From positions 1 to 64,000 of the IMG/VR virus record IMGVR_UViG_3300037961_002813: DNA of 64,000 nucleotides; one strand, 5' to 3'. Source of the DNA: a virus. The position numbers and the translations under genes were made by a program. This document shows, piece after piece, positions 49,797 to 57,761 of this stretch. The stretch's first letter is position 1. Every line of letters begins with the position of its first letter. The notes beneath the pieces were generated by a model. It searched no databases and was not told the origin of the DNA. It saw nothing but the letters and a program-made list of their open reading frames with translations.

Positions 49797-50071
49797 TCAA
49801 TCATCTCCTTCTTGTATGTCATACCATCAATCGTGACTAAGCCATCTTCTTCTTTCCATTCTTCTATGAGAAGTAGTAACTTCCTACAAGTATAGTCGGC
49901 ATTCTCCATGAGCCAATCCCATACTCTTTCATATTCCCAATCAGCCATTCGCAAGATATGATTCTCTTCACGCAACCGCTTGACTTCTGCGAGCAGGTTC
50001 TCTACTGCATCCTCTAATTCATCGGATGGCGTTTCCCATGTCATTTCTTCGTATTTGTCTGTGTCAATCAT
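49793..50071 (-). CDS. MIDTDKY/EVKRLR array gene 2
   Basis: MIDTDKYEE...NLLAEVKRLREE...EMIE. Confidence 0.75.
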   Translation of the reverse strand: MIDTDKYEEMTWETPSDELEDAVENLLAEVKRLREENHILRMADWEYERVWDWLMENADYTCRKLLLLIEEWKEEDGLVTIDGMTYKKEMIE

Positions 50072-50265
50072 TCAATCACTCCCATTTCTCTCATTATCCG
50101 ACAGAACTCCAATGAATCCATGTCTAAATCTAAGTAAGCCTTGATGGTTTCACGCAACCGCTTGACTTCTGTAATCAAGTTCGTCAGTGTATCTCCAAGT
50201 GTTTCACCCTCAAACTCTACAAGTTCGGGATGGTCTGTTTCTTCGTATTTGTCTGTGTCAATCAT
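50068..50265 (-). CDS. MIDTDKY/EVKRLR array gene 3
   Basis: True start MIDTDKY at 50265; ...NLITEVKRLRE...GVIE. Confidence 0.75.
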   Translation of the reverse strand: MIDTDKYEETDHPELVEFEGETLGDTLTNLITEVKRLRETIKAYLDLDMDSLEFCRIMREMGVIE

Positions 50266-50564
50266 TCTTCCTCGCCCTCCAAAATATCTAAACATGAATA
50301 TTCTACATCATTAAAACCACAACGGTTTATAGCATCCTCCAGTTTCTTATTTTCTTCACGCAACCGCTTGACTTCTGCATCTAATTCTTCGCACTTCTCT
50401 ATCCACTTTAGTCCATCTTCATGCTTACCATCAAGTTCAAAGCGTAGTGACTCATTTACTCTAACAATATTACAGTAAGAGTGCATAACTTCTTCCCATT
50501 GGTGAGCCTTTAGGTTATGCCAATCGTCAATCGTTAGTTCTGCGTATTTGTCTGTGTCAATCAT
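50262..50564 (-). CDS. MIDTDKY/EVKRLR array gene 4
   Basis: MIDTDKYAE...LDAEVKRLREE...EGEEE. Confidence 0.75.
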   Translation of the reverse strand: MIDTDKYAELTIDDWHNLKAHQWEEVMHSYCNIVRVNESLRFELDGKHEDGLKWIEKCEELDAEVKRLREENKKLEDAINRCGFNDVEYSCLDILEGEEE

Positions 50565-50965
50565 TCAATCATCTCCAACATATCTTTCATGAAACCATCT
50601 ATCCAATCCGCTACTTCTTCATCAGCGAGGTGAGAAGAATATGCTTCAATGAGTTTTGCCATGTTGTCAGCAACTTTACCAATTCCTTCACGCAACCGCT
50701 TGACTTCTGCTAGAAGTTTTGGTGCGTCTGCCATCAGCATTTTGTTCGCCATCATTGTCGTGAACTCTTCATCGGAGAAATCTTCACCCTCCGGTAATGG
50801 TGTCATGGTAGCAATCGGCACTTCTTCGTAGCCTTTCTTGCCATAAGTGGAAGGGTCAGTAAAACTCTCTCCATTGTAAAGGCACTTCCATATTTCTCGC
50901 CCTTCCTCACTGTTGTAATTCCACGGTGCGGGTGTATGTCCTTCGTATTTGTCTGTGTCAATCAT
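50561..50965 (-). CDS. MIDTDKY/EVKRLR array gene 5 (Ea22/Ead-like HTPAPW)
   Basis: MIDTDKYEGHTPAPW...ANKMLMADAPKLLAEVKRLRE...EMIE. Confidence 0.75.
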   Translation of the reverse strand: MIDTDKYEGHTPAPWNYNSEEGREIWKCLYNGESFTDPSTYGKKGYEEVPIATMTPLPEGEDFSDEEFTTMMANKMLMADAPKLLAEVKRLREGIGKVADNMAKLIEAYSSHLADEEVADWIDGFMKDMLEMIE

Positions 50966-51294
50966 TCTTCTTCATCCTCCAAATCATCACCATAGACATT
51001 ACAACCCCACCCTTCTCTACAATAATCTTCGTGGTCTGCACCTGCATAACCTAAGTGTTCAAGTGCCATGTCCAAAGCACCGGAGTATTTGTCTATCTTT
51101 TGTTCAGCCTTGCTAAGTTCTTCACGCAACCGCTTGACTTCTGCTCGTAGTGTCGGTGCGTATTCAATCAAATATCTGTCATCATCGCTAAGTTCAATCA
51201 ACGACTTACTCAACTTACGCCACTCATCGGGTGAGTGCGCCCTTGTATAATGTAATATCATATCAATTTCTGTCGGTTCGTTTGTGTCACTCAT
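50962..51294 (-). CDS. EVKRLR array gene 6 (degenerate start repeat)
   Basis: MSDTNE...YAPTLRAEVKRLREE...EDEEE. Confidence 0.75.
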   Translation of the reverse strand: MSDTNEPTEIDMILHYTRAHSPDEWRKLSKSLIELSDDDRYLIEYAPTLRAEVKRLREELSKAEQKIDKYSGALDMALEHLGYAGADHEDYCREGWGCNVYGDDLEDEEE

Positions 51295-51517
51295 TCTCCA
51301 TCACCTTCTTCGATTTGCTTCGCCATGCCTCTAATCCATCATTCGATATAGGAAATACATTCATGTATTGCTCAACCCTCTCTATTGCTCGCTCAAGTGA
51401 AGAGTAACTATAGTTACCCATTAAGTCCACTACTTCTCTTAGGTCAGTGTCACCTAACCCATGTCTGTCCAACCATCGAAGGACATATACTGCTAATTGT
51501 TTTGTATCAGTTATCAT
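51287..51517 (-). CDS. hypothetical protein, first gene of the array operon
   Basis: Directly downstream of promoter copy 6. Confidence 0.6.
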   Translation of the reverse strand: MITDTKQLAVYVLRWLDRHGLGDTDLREVVDLMGNYSYSSLERAIERVEQYMNVFPISNDGLEAWRSKSKKVMENE

Positions 51518-51524
51518 CAACCAA

Positions 51525-51560
51525 TATTTCTTAGTTGGTTTATATATTATTTCTTTCAGT
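51525..51560 (-). promoter_or_regulatory. conserved TATA promoter motif copy 6
   Basis: Minus strand ACTGAAAGAAATAATATATAAACCAACTAAGAAATA. Confidence 0.8.
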
Positions 51561-51567
51561 GTTAATT

Positions 51568-52245
51568 TTAAGCAACTCTTCTCGCTATGTCGCCCACTCT
51601 TTGCTGTAATATACTCGCTGTGTTAGGGTTTTGAACTGCTTGGTCAATGGCACTACGCATAGCATCCTCGCCCCCGTATGTATCGTATGACCTACCTATG
51701 TCTTGTTCAGTTATGTGACCTAACTCATTAGGATTTTTCAGTCTTAAAGTATCGAGTTCACCTACGGTAGAACCAAACGCTGAACCTTTAGGTGCGCCCT
51801 GCGCTCTAAAAGCACCTGCCCCTCCAACATCAACATAGGATATACTACCATCGGGTAACACTATGGCATTGTCATTATCCAAACCTAGCATATCCCAATT
51901 AGCAATCATCGCATGCGGAACAATATCTCTCGCAGTATGCGCTCTATCTCTTATTGGTTGAATGTGGCGACCCTGCTGATACTCGGTTATCATGTGGTCA
52001 TCATCAAAGTGCGCTTGCGGAACGCCTACGCCTAATAGATTCAGTAAGCGATTCATCTCATACTCATTGCGAATATGAGCAGGACTACTACCACGCTTAG
52101 ATACGAAACGGCCTTGCGGTACATCGAATAGCCTTGCGCCTGTGCTACCGCCTAAGAACTGACCTCGTTCTCCCGCCTGTTGCCTCGCCCGAATCTCTTG
52201 CATGGCGAGTTCCATAGGCGACATGGATTCACCTATGAGTGTCAC
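51568..52245 (-). CDS. HipA/PI3-4-kinase-like protein
   Basis: GGSTGA glycine loop, FVSK, NEYE..RL..LLGVGVP, IANWD...DNDN, YVDVGG, FRAQG: atypical kinase motif order. Confidence 0.6.
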   Translation of the reverse strand: MTLIGESMSPMELAMQEIRARQQAGERGQFLGGSTGARLFDVPQGRFVSKRGSSPAHIRNEYEMNRLLNLLGVGVPQAHFDDDHMITEYQQGRHIQPIRDRAHTARDIVPHAMIANWDMLGLDNDNAIVLPDGSISYVDVGGAGAFRAQGAPKGSAFGSTVGELDTLRLKNPNELGHITEQDIGRSYDTYGGEDAMRSAIDQAVQNPNTASILQQRVGDIARRVA

Positions 52246-52262
52246 CTAAATAACGACTATCA

Positions 52263-52856
52263 TCATTTAGGGATGTACATATCATACTCATGTGAGAACT
52301 GCTTTAGGAAATCTTCGGGCGAGTCATACTCCATTGACTTGACTATCTCATTCAAGAACTCATTAGCCATATCAGTCATCGCCTTACTCTCATCTGTGCG
52401 TGAGAGAATGAATGAACCATCGGGGAACAACCCACGCTCTACACCATCAAGCCATGCCCCGTACACGATGTCGGGAACATTACCATCATCATCAAAGAAA
52501 CTGATTTGATGTACTCTCCAATAAGAACCCATGTGGTCAAAGACAGGTTGTATCTTTAGACATGCTATCCATGACATAGGTACATCATACTCACTCGCAA
52601 GGTAGCGATAAGTGTTCACCCAAAAGAATGAGTCTATCTTTTCTGCTTCCATCATCTCTTGAACATATCCCATCCAACCTGTGTGTAGGTGGTTCTGTAA
52701 CTGTGCCGCATTCTTCAATGCCTTCAACGCATCCTCTTTCGCTTTGATGTAATCATGTATCTCTTGCGGCCACATGATTTTTCCTTGACCTTTCAAATCA
52801 TGTTGTAAGATAGAAAGCGAACCTATGATGTCATCAGCCTTGTATGTATCATTCAT
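52263..52856 (-). CDS. hypothetical protein
   Basis: 197 aa, GAGGTG SD. Confidence 0.65.
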   Translation of the reverse strand: MNDTYKADDIIGSLSILQHDLKGQGKIMWPQEIHDYIKAKEDALKALKNAAQLQNHLHTGWMGYVQEMMEAEKIDSFFWVNTYRYLASEYDVPMSWIACLKIQPVFDHMGSYWRVHQISFFDDDGNVPDIVYGAWLDGVERGLFPDGSFILSRTDESKAMTDMANEFLNEIVKSMEYDSPEDFLKQFSHEYDMYIPK

Positions 52857-53017
52857 TGTACCACCTCATAAGATTTAAACTCCCAAGACTCTCTCCACTC
52901 ATGTCCTTCATGACATACATATACTACAGTTAAATGTGTATCTTCAAATATATCTTTCCTATCCATATCATCACTACCACATACAGGGCATACTAAAGGT
53001 GCGGTTTTCTCACTCAT
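52853..53017 (-). CDS. 54-aa zinc-ribbon microprotein (not in ORF track)
   Basis: MSEKTAPLVCPVCGSDDMDRKDIFEDTHLTVVYVCHEGHEWRESWEFKSYEVVQ*. Confidence 0.6.
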   Translation of the reverse strand: MSEKTAPLVCPVCGSDDMDRKDIFEDTHLTVVYVCHEGHEWRESWEFKSYEVVQ

Positions 53018-53351
53018 GCTTAAGCCTCCATTGTCGCCTCTCCATAAGTCTCTTCATGTGGTTCATTCTTTCTGTAACAATCTTCTCATCACCATTAGCC
53101 CACAGTATTGCCTTCTCAAGAAGAGGCTCTACATCTGTGAATGAATTGTTGAAGAACTTGATGTACTCTAAGTATTCTGCGAGTGTTTCAAAGTCATAGT
53201 GTTCTTGTTCGTAGATGTCGTTATCGTCGTATCTGTCATCATCTATACAGAAGTACTTGTGGTTCTCATGGTCTTTATGGTAATCAGTTGCGCCTTTTGG
53301 TATCTCGTAACTGATGTAGTTGTCTTTGGTATTCACGCTCATGTTAGTCAC
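53010..53351 (-). CDS. hypothetical protein
   Basis: 113 aa in coupled run. Confidence 0.55.
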   Translation of the reverse strand: MTNMSVNTKDNYISYEIPKGATDYHKDHENHKYFCIDDDRYDDNDIYEQEHYDFETLAEYLEYIKFFNNSFTDVEPLLEKAILWANGDEKIVTERMNHMKRLMERRQWRLKHE

Positions 53352-53529
53352 CTCTTGTAAATGGATTCTTGCGTGTGTCCTTCGTTGTGTCTTTGGGTAC
53401 TTTCATTACCAAAACTAAGTCATCCATGTCTACTGCTTCGGCAATAAAGGTGTGGTCGAAGTCCGGTTTAGTTGTGTATAGGTCACCATCAACATAAAAA
53501 TATATGTTGGCTAATTGTATGTCACTCAT
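53344..53529 (-). CDS. hypothetical protein
   Basis: 61 aa, ATGA-coupled. Confidence 0.5.
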   Translation of the reverse strand: MSDIQLANIYFYVDGDLYTTKPDFDHTFIAEAVDMDDLVLVMKVPKDTTKDTRKNPFTRGD

Positions 53530-53921
53530 TCTTCTGCCTCCTTGTATTCATCATCAACTATTTTCAGTAAGTCATTCTGTAGTGCGAAGTCTATCAGTTC
53601 CGAACACTTGACTGAACTTGCATTCAAGTGTAACACAAAGATGTCATCGTTATCTCTTATCTCAAAGGCTACGCAGTTTGTGTACTTGGTAAGAGTCACA
53701 CCACGAATGTAGTACTTCTCATTAGAAGCAAATGAGTTGTGTGTTGCACTACGGAAGGATAACCATTCAGTCATCTTCGTAGGCACGCTGAACTTTTCAG
53801 CATAACCATATTCACGATTCGCTGTCACCTCACCTTTACCCTGTACATGTAGTACTCCGTCACCGGCACTCACTCTTACTTGCAATACATTATCATTATC
53901 TTTTTTACTCATAATTCTCAT
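53526..53921 (-). CDS. hypothetical protein
   Basis: 131 aa directly downstream of promoter copy 7. Confidence 0.65.
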   Translation of the reverse strand: MRIMSKKDNDNVLQVRVSAGDGVLHVQGKGEVTANREYGYAEKFSVPTKMTEWLSFRSATHNSFASNEKYYIRGVTLTKYTNCVAFEIRDNDDIFVLHLNASSVKCSELIDFALQNDLLKIVDDEYKEAEE

Positions 53922-53925
53922 CTCT

Positions 53926-53952
53926 CATTTCTTATTTGGTTTATATATCATT
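53926..53952 (-). promoter_or_regulatory. conserved TATA promoter motif copy 7
   Basis: Minus strand AATGATATATAAACCAAATAAGAAATG. Confidence 0.8.
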
Positions 53953-54172
53953 CTTCTTCTTCATCGTTTTCTAACTTGGCTCTAGTGGGTATCACGAACT
54001 TAGGTGCATTCATGTTAGGTGGATTGAAAACTTCCCAACCCCTGTTGGTCTGCCGTATCAAGTCGCCTATCACTACCTCTATCCTACAGTTGTGTTCTTC
54101 TCTTACTTGGTAGATGTTCCCACCAATGTATTCTATGTCTATCCATTTGTTCTGTCCTAATACTAACCTCAT
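53948..54172 (-). CDS. hypothetical protein
   Basis: 74 aa, ATGA-coupled to helicase. Confidence 0.55.
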   Translation of the reverse strand: MRLVLGQNKWIDIEYIGGNIYQVREEHNCRIEVVIGDLIRQTNRGWEVFNPPNMNAPKFVIPTRAKLENDEEEE

Positions 54173-56733
54173 GCTTTCACTTCCTTTTTCTTTTGGATGA
54201 AACTTTTGGGTAGGTCTCCATCCTCAACCATTTGTTGTAAGAGCATAGTGGCTATACCCTTACGGTCATCCAAGTCACCACCATCAAGGATGGACTTGAT
54301 AACCTCACGCTTTGCTTCGACCACTGCGTTAAACTTCTCATCTATTGTTCCGGCTACAGTAAGGAACACTGCGTGTACACTGTTACTATCTTGACCGATA
54401 CGATTGACTCTATCTTCTGCTTGTTCCTCCCATGCCGGAGTCCACTCTCTCTCAACAAAGAGAACAGTGTCAGCCGCAGTAAGTGTGATACCTTCCTTAG
54501 CCGCAACAGTAGAACATAGAAGGACATCTAACTTACCTGCTTGGAACGCTTCGACTCTTATCTGTCTATCACTTGCTGATACTTGTCCGTTGATAACACC
54601 GCATCGCCACTGCTCTTTGCTGTTACCAAGTGCATCCCATATTCCTTTGAGTACATCTTGGTGGTGAGCAAAGACCACCACAGGCTTGCCTGTTATCTCT
54701 CGGTATTCAGTCAGCCATTCGACAGCCGACTCGACTTTGATTTTACCACACTCATGCCGCAAGTCTGTTAGCATGTTCAAGACGAAACCCTTTGGTGTAC
54801 TACCACTCATCAAGTGATACTCATACTCTTGTATCCATGACTGATGTAGAGCGTTGTAGTTAGTAAGTTGTTTCTTACTTGGCTTGACTGTGTGCATGGT
54901 GCGTATCTTGTCGGGTAGTTCATCGAGTACTTCCTTCTTGAGTCTACGGATACAGAAGTCTCTTGTGCGCTCATGTAACTCATCAGTGTTACTCGCACCG
55001 GAGTAGTCCCATCCCCAACCGTTGTCGAAAGCATCGCAGTATCTTTGTCCGTAGTTATAGAAACTATTGAACTCCGCAGGTCTAAGCAGGTTGAGTGTAG
55101 TAAAGAACTCCGATGGTCTGTTAGTGATAGCAGTACCACTCAAGCACAGGATTGATTCAGCATTAGAAGCAACCTCAAGCGTGGCTTGGGTACGCTTTGC
55201 TTTACTGTTCTTGACATAGTGTGACTCATCACAGATAACTATGTTGAACTCTTTGTCAAGTAACCCATCCATTCGCTTTGCCATTATCTCATAGTTACAG
55301 ATGACCACATCAGTATCCGGTATCACACCCTTACCACCTTCAAGTACACTCACTGTTAGATTAGGTAGCCACGCCATGAACTCCTTGCGCCAGTTATACT
55401 TTACATTAGAAGGACATACTACAAGAGCAGGTAACTTGTCTTGGTTAAGAGCAGTGTAAGCGATGGCTTGGATAGTCTTACCCACACCCATGTCATCACC
55501 TATCAAGGCACGACCTCCTGCTAACTGTGCAAACCTCACACCGACATATTGGAACGGGAACAACTCACGCCCTTCGGGGAAGTGGTTGGCTAACTCTTCA
55601 CGCATCTGTGTTACCATCTCTTCATCATCAAGTGCTGATGCACCACTGATGGAGATACGCTTGGCTCTCTCTTCCATCGCTGTGTGTATCTGTGGTATAG
55701 TCTCAAGAGCATCAACAAGTAACTTCGCTTCACTTAGGTTTTGTTTCTTTAGTCTGTCTATCAAAGCAGGTGCTTGATAGATACTGACTGACCATGACTT
55801 GTTATCGGGATTATACTTACGACCTTCTGTTGCTTTGACTTGTGCCATCACTCTCATACGCACATCCGGGTCAGCGATGTAAGGCCACTTCATTTCGATG
55901 GTAGTACCTTTGAGTGTGGCTGTGTAGTTAGTAACTTTCTTCACCACTTGTTTAGGTGTGAAAGTATGTTCACCTCTTAGTTGTGCAAGTGACTCATCAA
56001 AGAAACCTCCGGCTTCCTCAAGCACACGCACAGCAGTATCAAGAGTATCCTTGTCATCATTGAGTGTCCACTTCTTTCTTGAACCATCGAACTTAACTCT
56101 TGGAAACTGTAAGGCTTGCTTGAGTGCTTGGTTGAACTCATTGTTGTACGCATAGGTAAGAGCGATACGCTTGGTCTTGAACTCCTTGCCCCACTTGTTT
56201 TTCCACACATCATCTACAAGTTTAACACTGATAGTAAGTGAGAAAGGTGGAGTCCAACTGTTTACATAGTCCTCGATGAAAGCCTCCGCCTCATCTTTCT
56301 CAAGTCCGTGTGAGTACATGACAGCATTGACAACGAACTCATCAAAGACATTCTCCCTACCTCTAAGTTTAGTGTTAAGTAAACTCATGGTGCTTGCCTC
56401 TTTCTTTCTTTGTATAGACTGTAACTCTTGGAGTATCTCATACTTACGCTTGGCTTCTTCACCAACCATCTTCATCTCAAGTAAGAAAGAACTTACATCC
56501 GTATGACCATCGAGTAGTCCTGTGTCTGCAAGTATGCTTGGTAACTGTGTGTTCCTATATTTGTAGAGGCGTTCAGCCGCCTCAAGTAACTCATGCTTCT
56601 CCATCGTATCCTTGTGTGCTATCCTGTCGAAGAAAGGGAAGTCTGCTTTGTTAGCACCTATCCCATCATCCATTACAGGCGCACCATAACCAACGAAGGT
56701 TCGTATCATTCTGTGTACTATATCTGTGTTCAC
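54169..56733 (-). CDS. SNF2-family helicase, HARP/SMARCAL1-like
   Basis: GDDMGVGKTIQAI, VICDESHYVKN, LSGTAITNRP, RRLKKEVLDELP, VFAHH, EGITLT, QAEDRVNRIGQ; two N-terminal HARP-like segments (FDGSRKKW, YNPDNKSW). Confidence 0.9.
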   Translation of the reverse strand: MNTDIVHRMIRTFVGYGAPVMDDGIGANKADFPFFDRIAHKDTMEKHELLEAAERLYKYRNTQLPSILADTGLLDGHTDVSSFLLEMKMVGEEAKRKYEILQELQSIQRKKEASTMSLLNTKLRGRENVFDEFVVNAVMYSHGLEKDEAEAFIEDYVNSWTPPFSLTISVKLVDDVWKNKWGKEFKTKRIALTYAYNNEFNQALKQALQFPRVKFDGSRKKWTLNDDKDTLDTAVRVLEEAGGFFDESLAQLRGEHTFTPKQVVKKVTNYTATLKGTTIEMKWPYIADPDVRMRVMAQVKATEGRKYNPDNKSWSVSIYQAPALIDRLKKQNLSEAKLLVDALETIPQIHTAMEERAKRISISGASALDDEEMVTQMREELANHFPEGRELFPFQYVGVRFAQLAGGRALIGDDMGVGKTIQAIAYTALNQDKLPALVVCPSNVKYNWRKEFMAWLPNLTVSVLEGGKGVIPDTDVVICNYEIMAKRMDGLLDKEFNIVICDESHYVKNSKAKRTQATLEVASNAESILCLSGTAITNRPSEFFTTLNLLRPAEFNSFYNYGQRYCDAFDNGWGWDYSGASNTDELHERTRDFCIRRLKKEVLDELPDKIRTMHTVKPSKKQLTNYNALHQSWIQEYEYHLMSGSTPKGFVLNMLTDLRHECGKIKVESAVEWLTEYREITGKPVVVFAHHQDVLKGIWDALGNSKEQWRCGVINGQVSASDRQIRVEAFQAGKLDVLLCSTVAAKEGITLTAADTVLFVEREWTPAWEEQAEDRVNRIGQDSNSVHAVFLTVAGTIDEKFNAVVEAKREVIKSILDGGDLDDRKGIATMLLQQMVEDGDLPKSFIQKKKEVKA

Positions 56734-57761
56734 TCTTTCACCCCCACTGTCTTGTCACAGTTTCTACACTCAAGGTCACCGAACTGTGGGTTGATGCGAG
56801 TGATGTCTGTAACTTTGAAGAACTGTTTGCATGCACCACATTCAAACTTACCACCGTGTGACTCAACACCTGTCAAGTCAGCGAAGCATTGTATACACTC
56901 CGGCTCACCATCAGCGAACTCAACAAGAGGTAGGTATTCATGACACGCAGGACAGTGCTTTGTACCATCCACTACATCTTCATGGAAGGCATCTATCAAG
57001 TCATCGTAGTCCATGTCTAGGTCAGTAGTAGTAACTCCTTTTCCCTTATCAGCAACCTTGTAGTTTGGTGGGTCGTACAAAGTAGACCAACCACTGTAAC
57101 TACCACCCCATGATGGTTCGTGAACTTTGTTTTCACCAAGTGGTATCTCACACACATCAGCGATGTATTGCTGTTGGCTCTTGGCTTCTACCGCATGAGT
57201 ACAGTGTTGCTCACGCACCCACTCTACTAACTCACCTGCATCTTTCCATGTGTGTTGCTCGGTTGGTATTAGGTAGTGAGCAAGTATGGCTAACTGAACT
57301 CCGGTACGACCATGCCCGCCCGCACACTGTGTGGATATAACTTTGATGTCGAACTCCTTGATGTCATCAAGTAGTGCATACCAAAAGTACTTGCTGACTT
57401 TAGGTATGGAGAAGTCCGGCCAGTCTAAAGATACAAAGTGTGGCGGAGTACTGTTAGTAAGATGTTGCTCACATGACCAACCCTCCGGTACTTCAGTCTT
57501 GGAACTAAGTAAGTTCATACCTAGAGTCTCGCTTGGTGCTATCGCTAACTGTGGTAGTGGACTCATCAAGTGCCAACCACCGTTGCGGTTACGCCCGCCC
57601 GCCCATACTTCAACACCATCATCGGTCTTGAAGATAAGGTTGTGTCCTGTGTGGCAAGTCTGCTTGCTTACCCATGTGCCTGTATTTTTCTTTGCTTGTT
57701 TCATTTTCTTCATCTCCTTTTTCTTTGCTTGCTTTCGTTGTCTTGCTTTTCTCTTTCCCAT
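56730..57761 (-). CDS. CX5R protein-tyrosine phosphatase with C-terminal zinc fingers
   Basis: WPDF loop, QCAGGHGRTG active site, AVEAKSQQQY Q-loop; CPAC, CIQC, CGAC, CRNC. Confidence 0.85.
   Translation of the reverse strand: MGKRKARQRKQAKKKEMKKMKQAKKNTGTWVSKQTCHTGHNLIFKTDDGVEVWAGGRNRNGGWHLMSPLPQLAIAPSETLGMNLLSSKTEVPEGWSCEQHLTNSTPPHFVSLDWPDFSIPKVSKYFWYALLDDIKEFDIKVISTQCAGGHGRTGVQLAILAHYLIPTEQHTWKDAGELVEWVREQHCTHAVEAKSQQQYIADVCEIPLGENKVHEPSWGGSYSGWSTLYDPPNYKVADKGKGVTTTDLDMDYDDLIDAFHEDVVDGTKHCPACHEYLPLVEFADGEPECIQCFADLTGVESHGGKFECGACKQFFKVTDITRINPQFGDLECRNCDKTVGVKE

Larger units (their letters stand above)
49558..51296 (-). repeat. alternating repeat array: A = GAATGATTGACACAGACAAATA (22 bp), B = AGAAGTCAAGCGGTTGCGTGA (21 bp)
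   Basis: A at 49777, 50052, 50246, 50545, 50946 (degenerate 51279); B at 49558, 49968, 50150, 50356, 50688, 51122 (+ strand starts). Confidence 0.95.

Noticed and set aside
49464-51294. Diversity-generating retroelement
   Set aside because: No reverse transcriptase and no TR/VR pair differing only at adenines.
49558-51296. CRISPR array interpretation of the A/B repeats
   Set aside because: Two alternating repeats, spacers of 63-237 bp with variable length, and all segments in-frame coding; the lone Cas4-like nuclease is a normal viral recombination gene.
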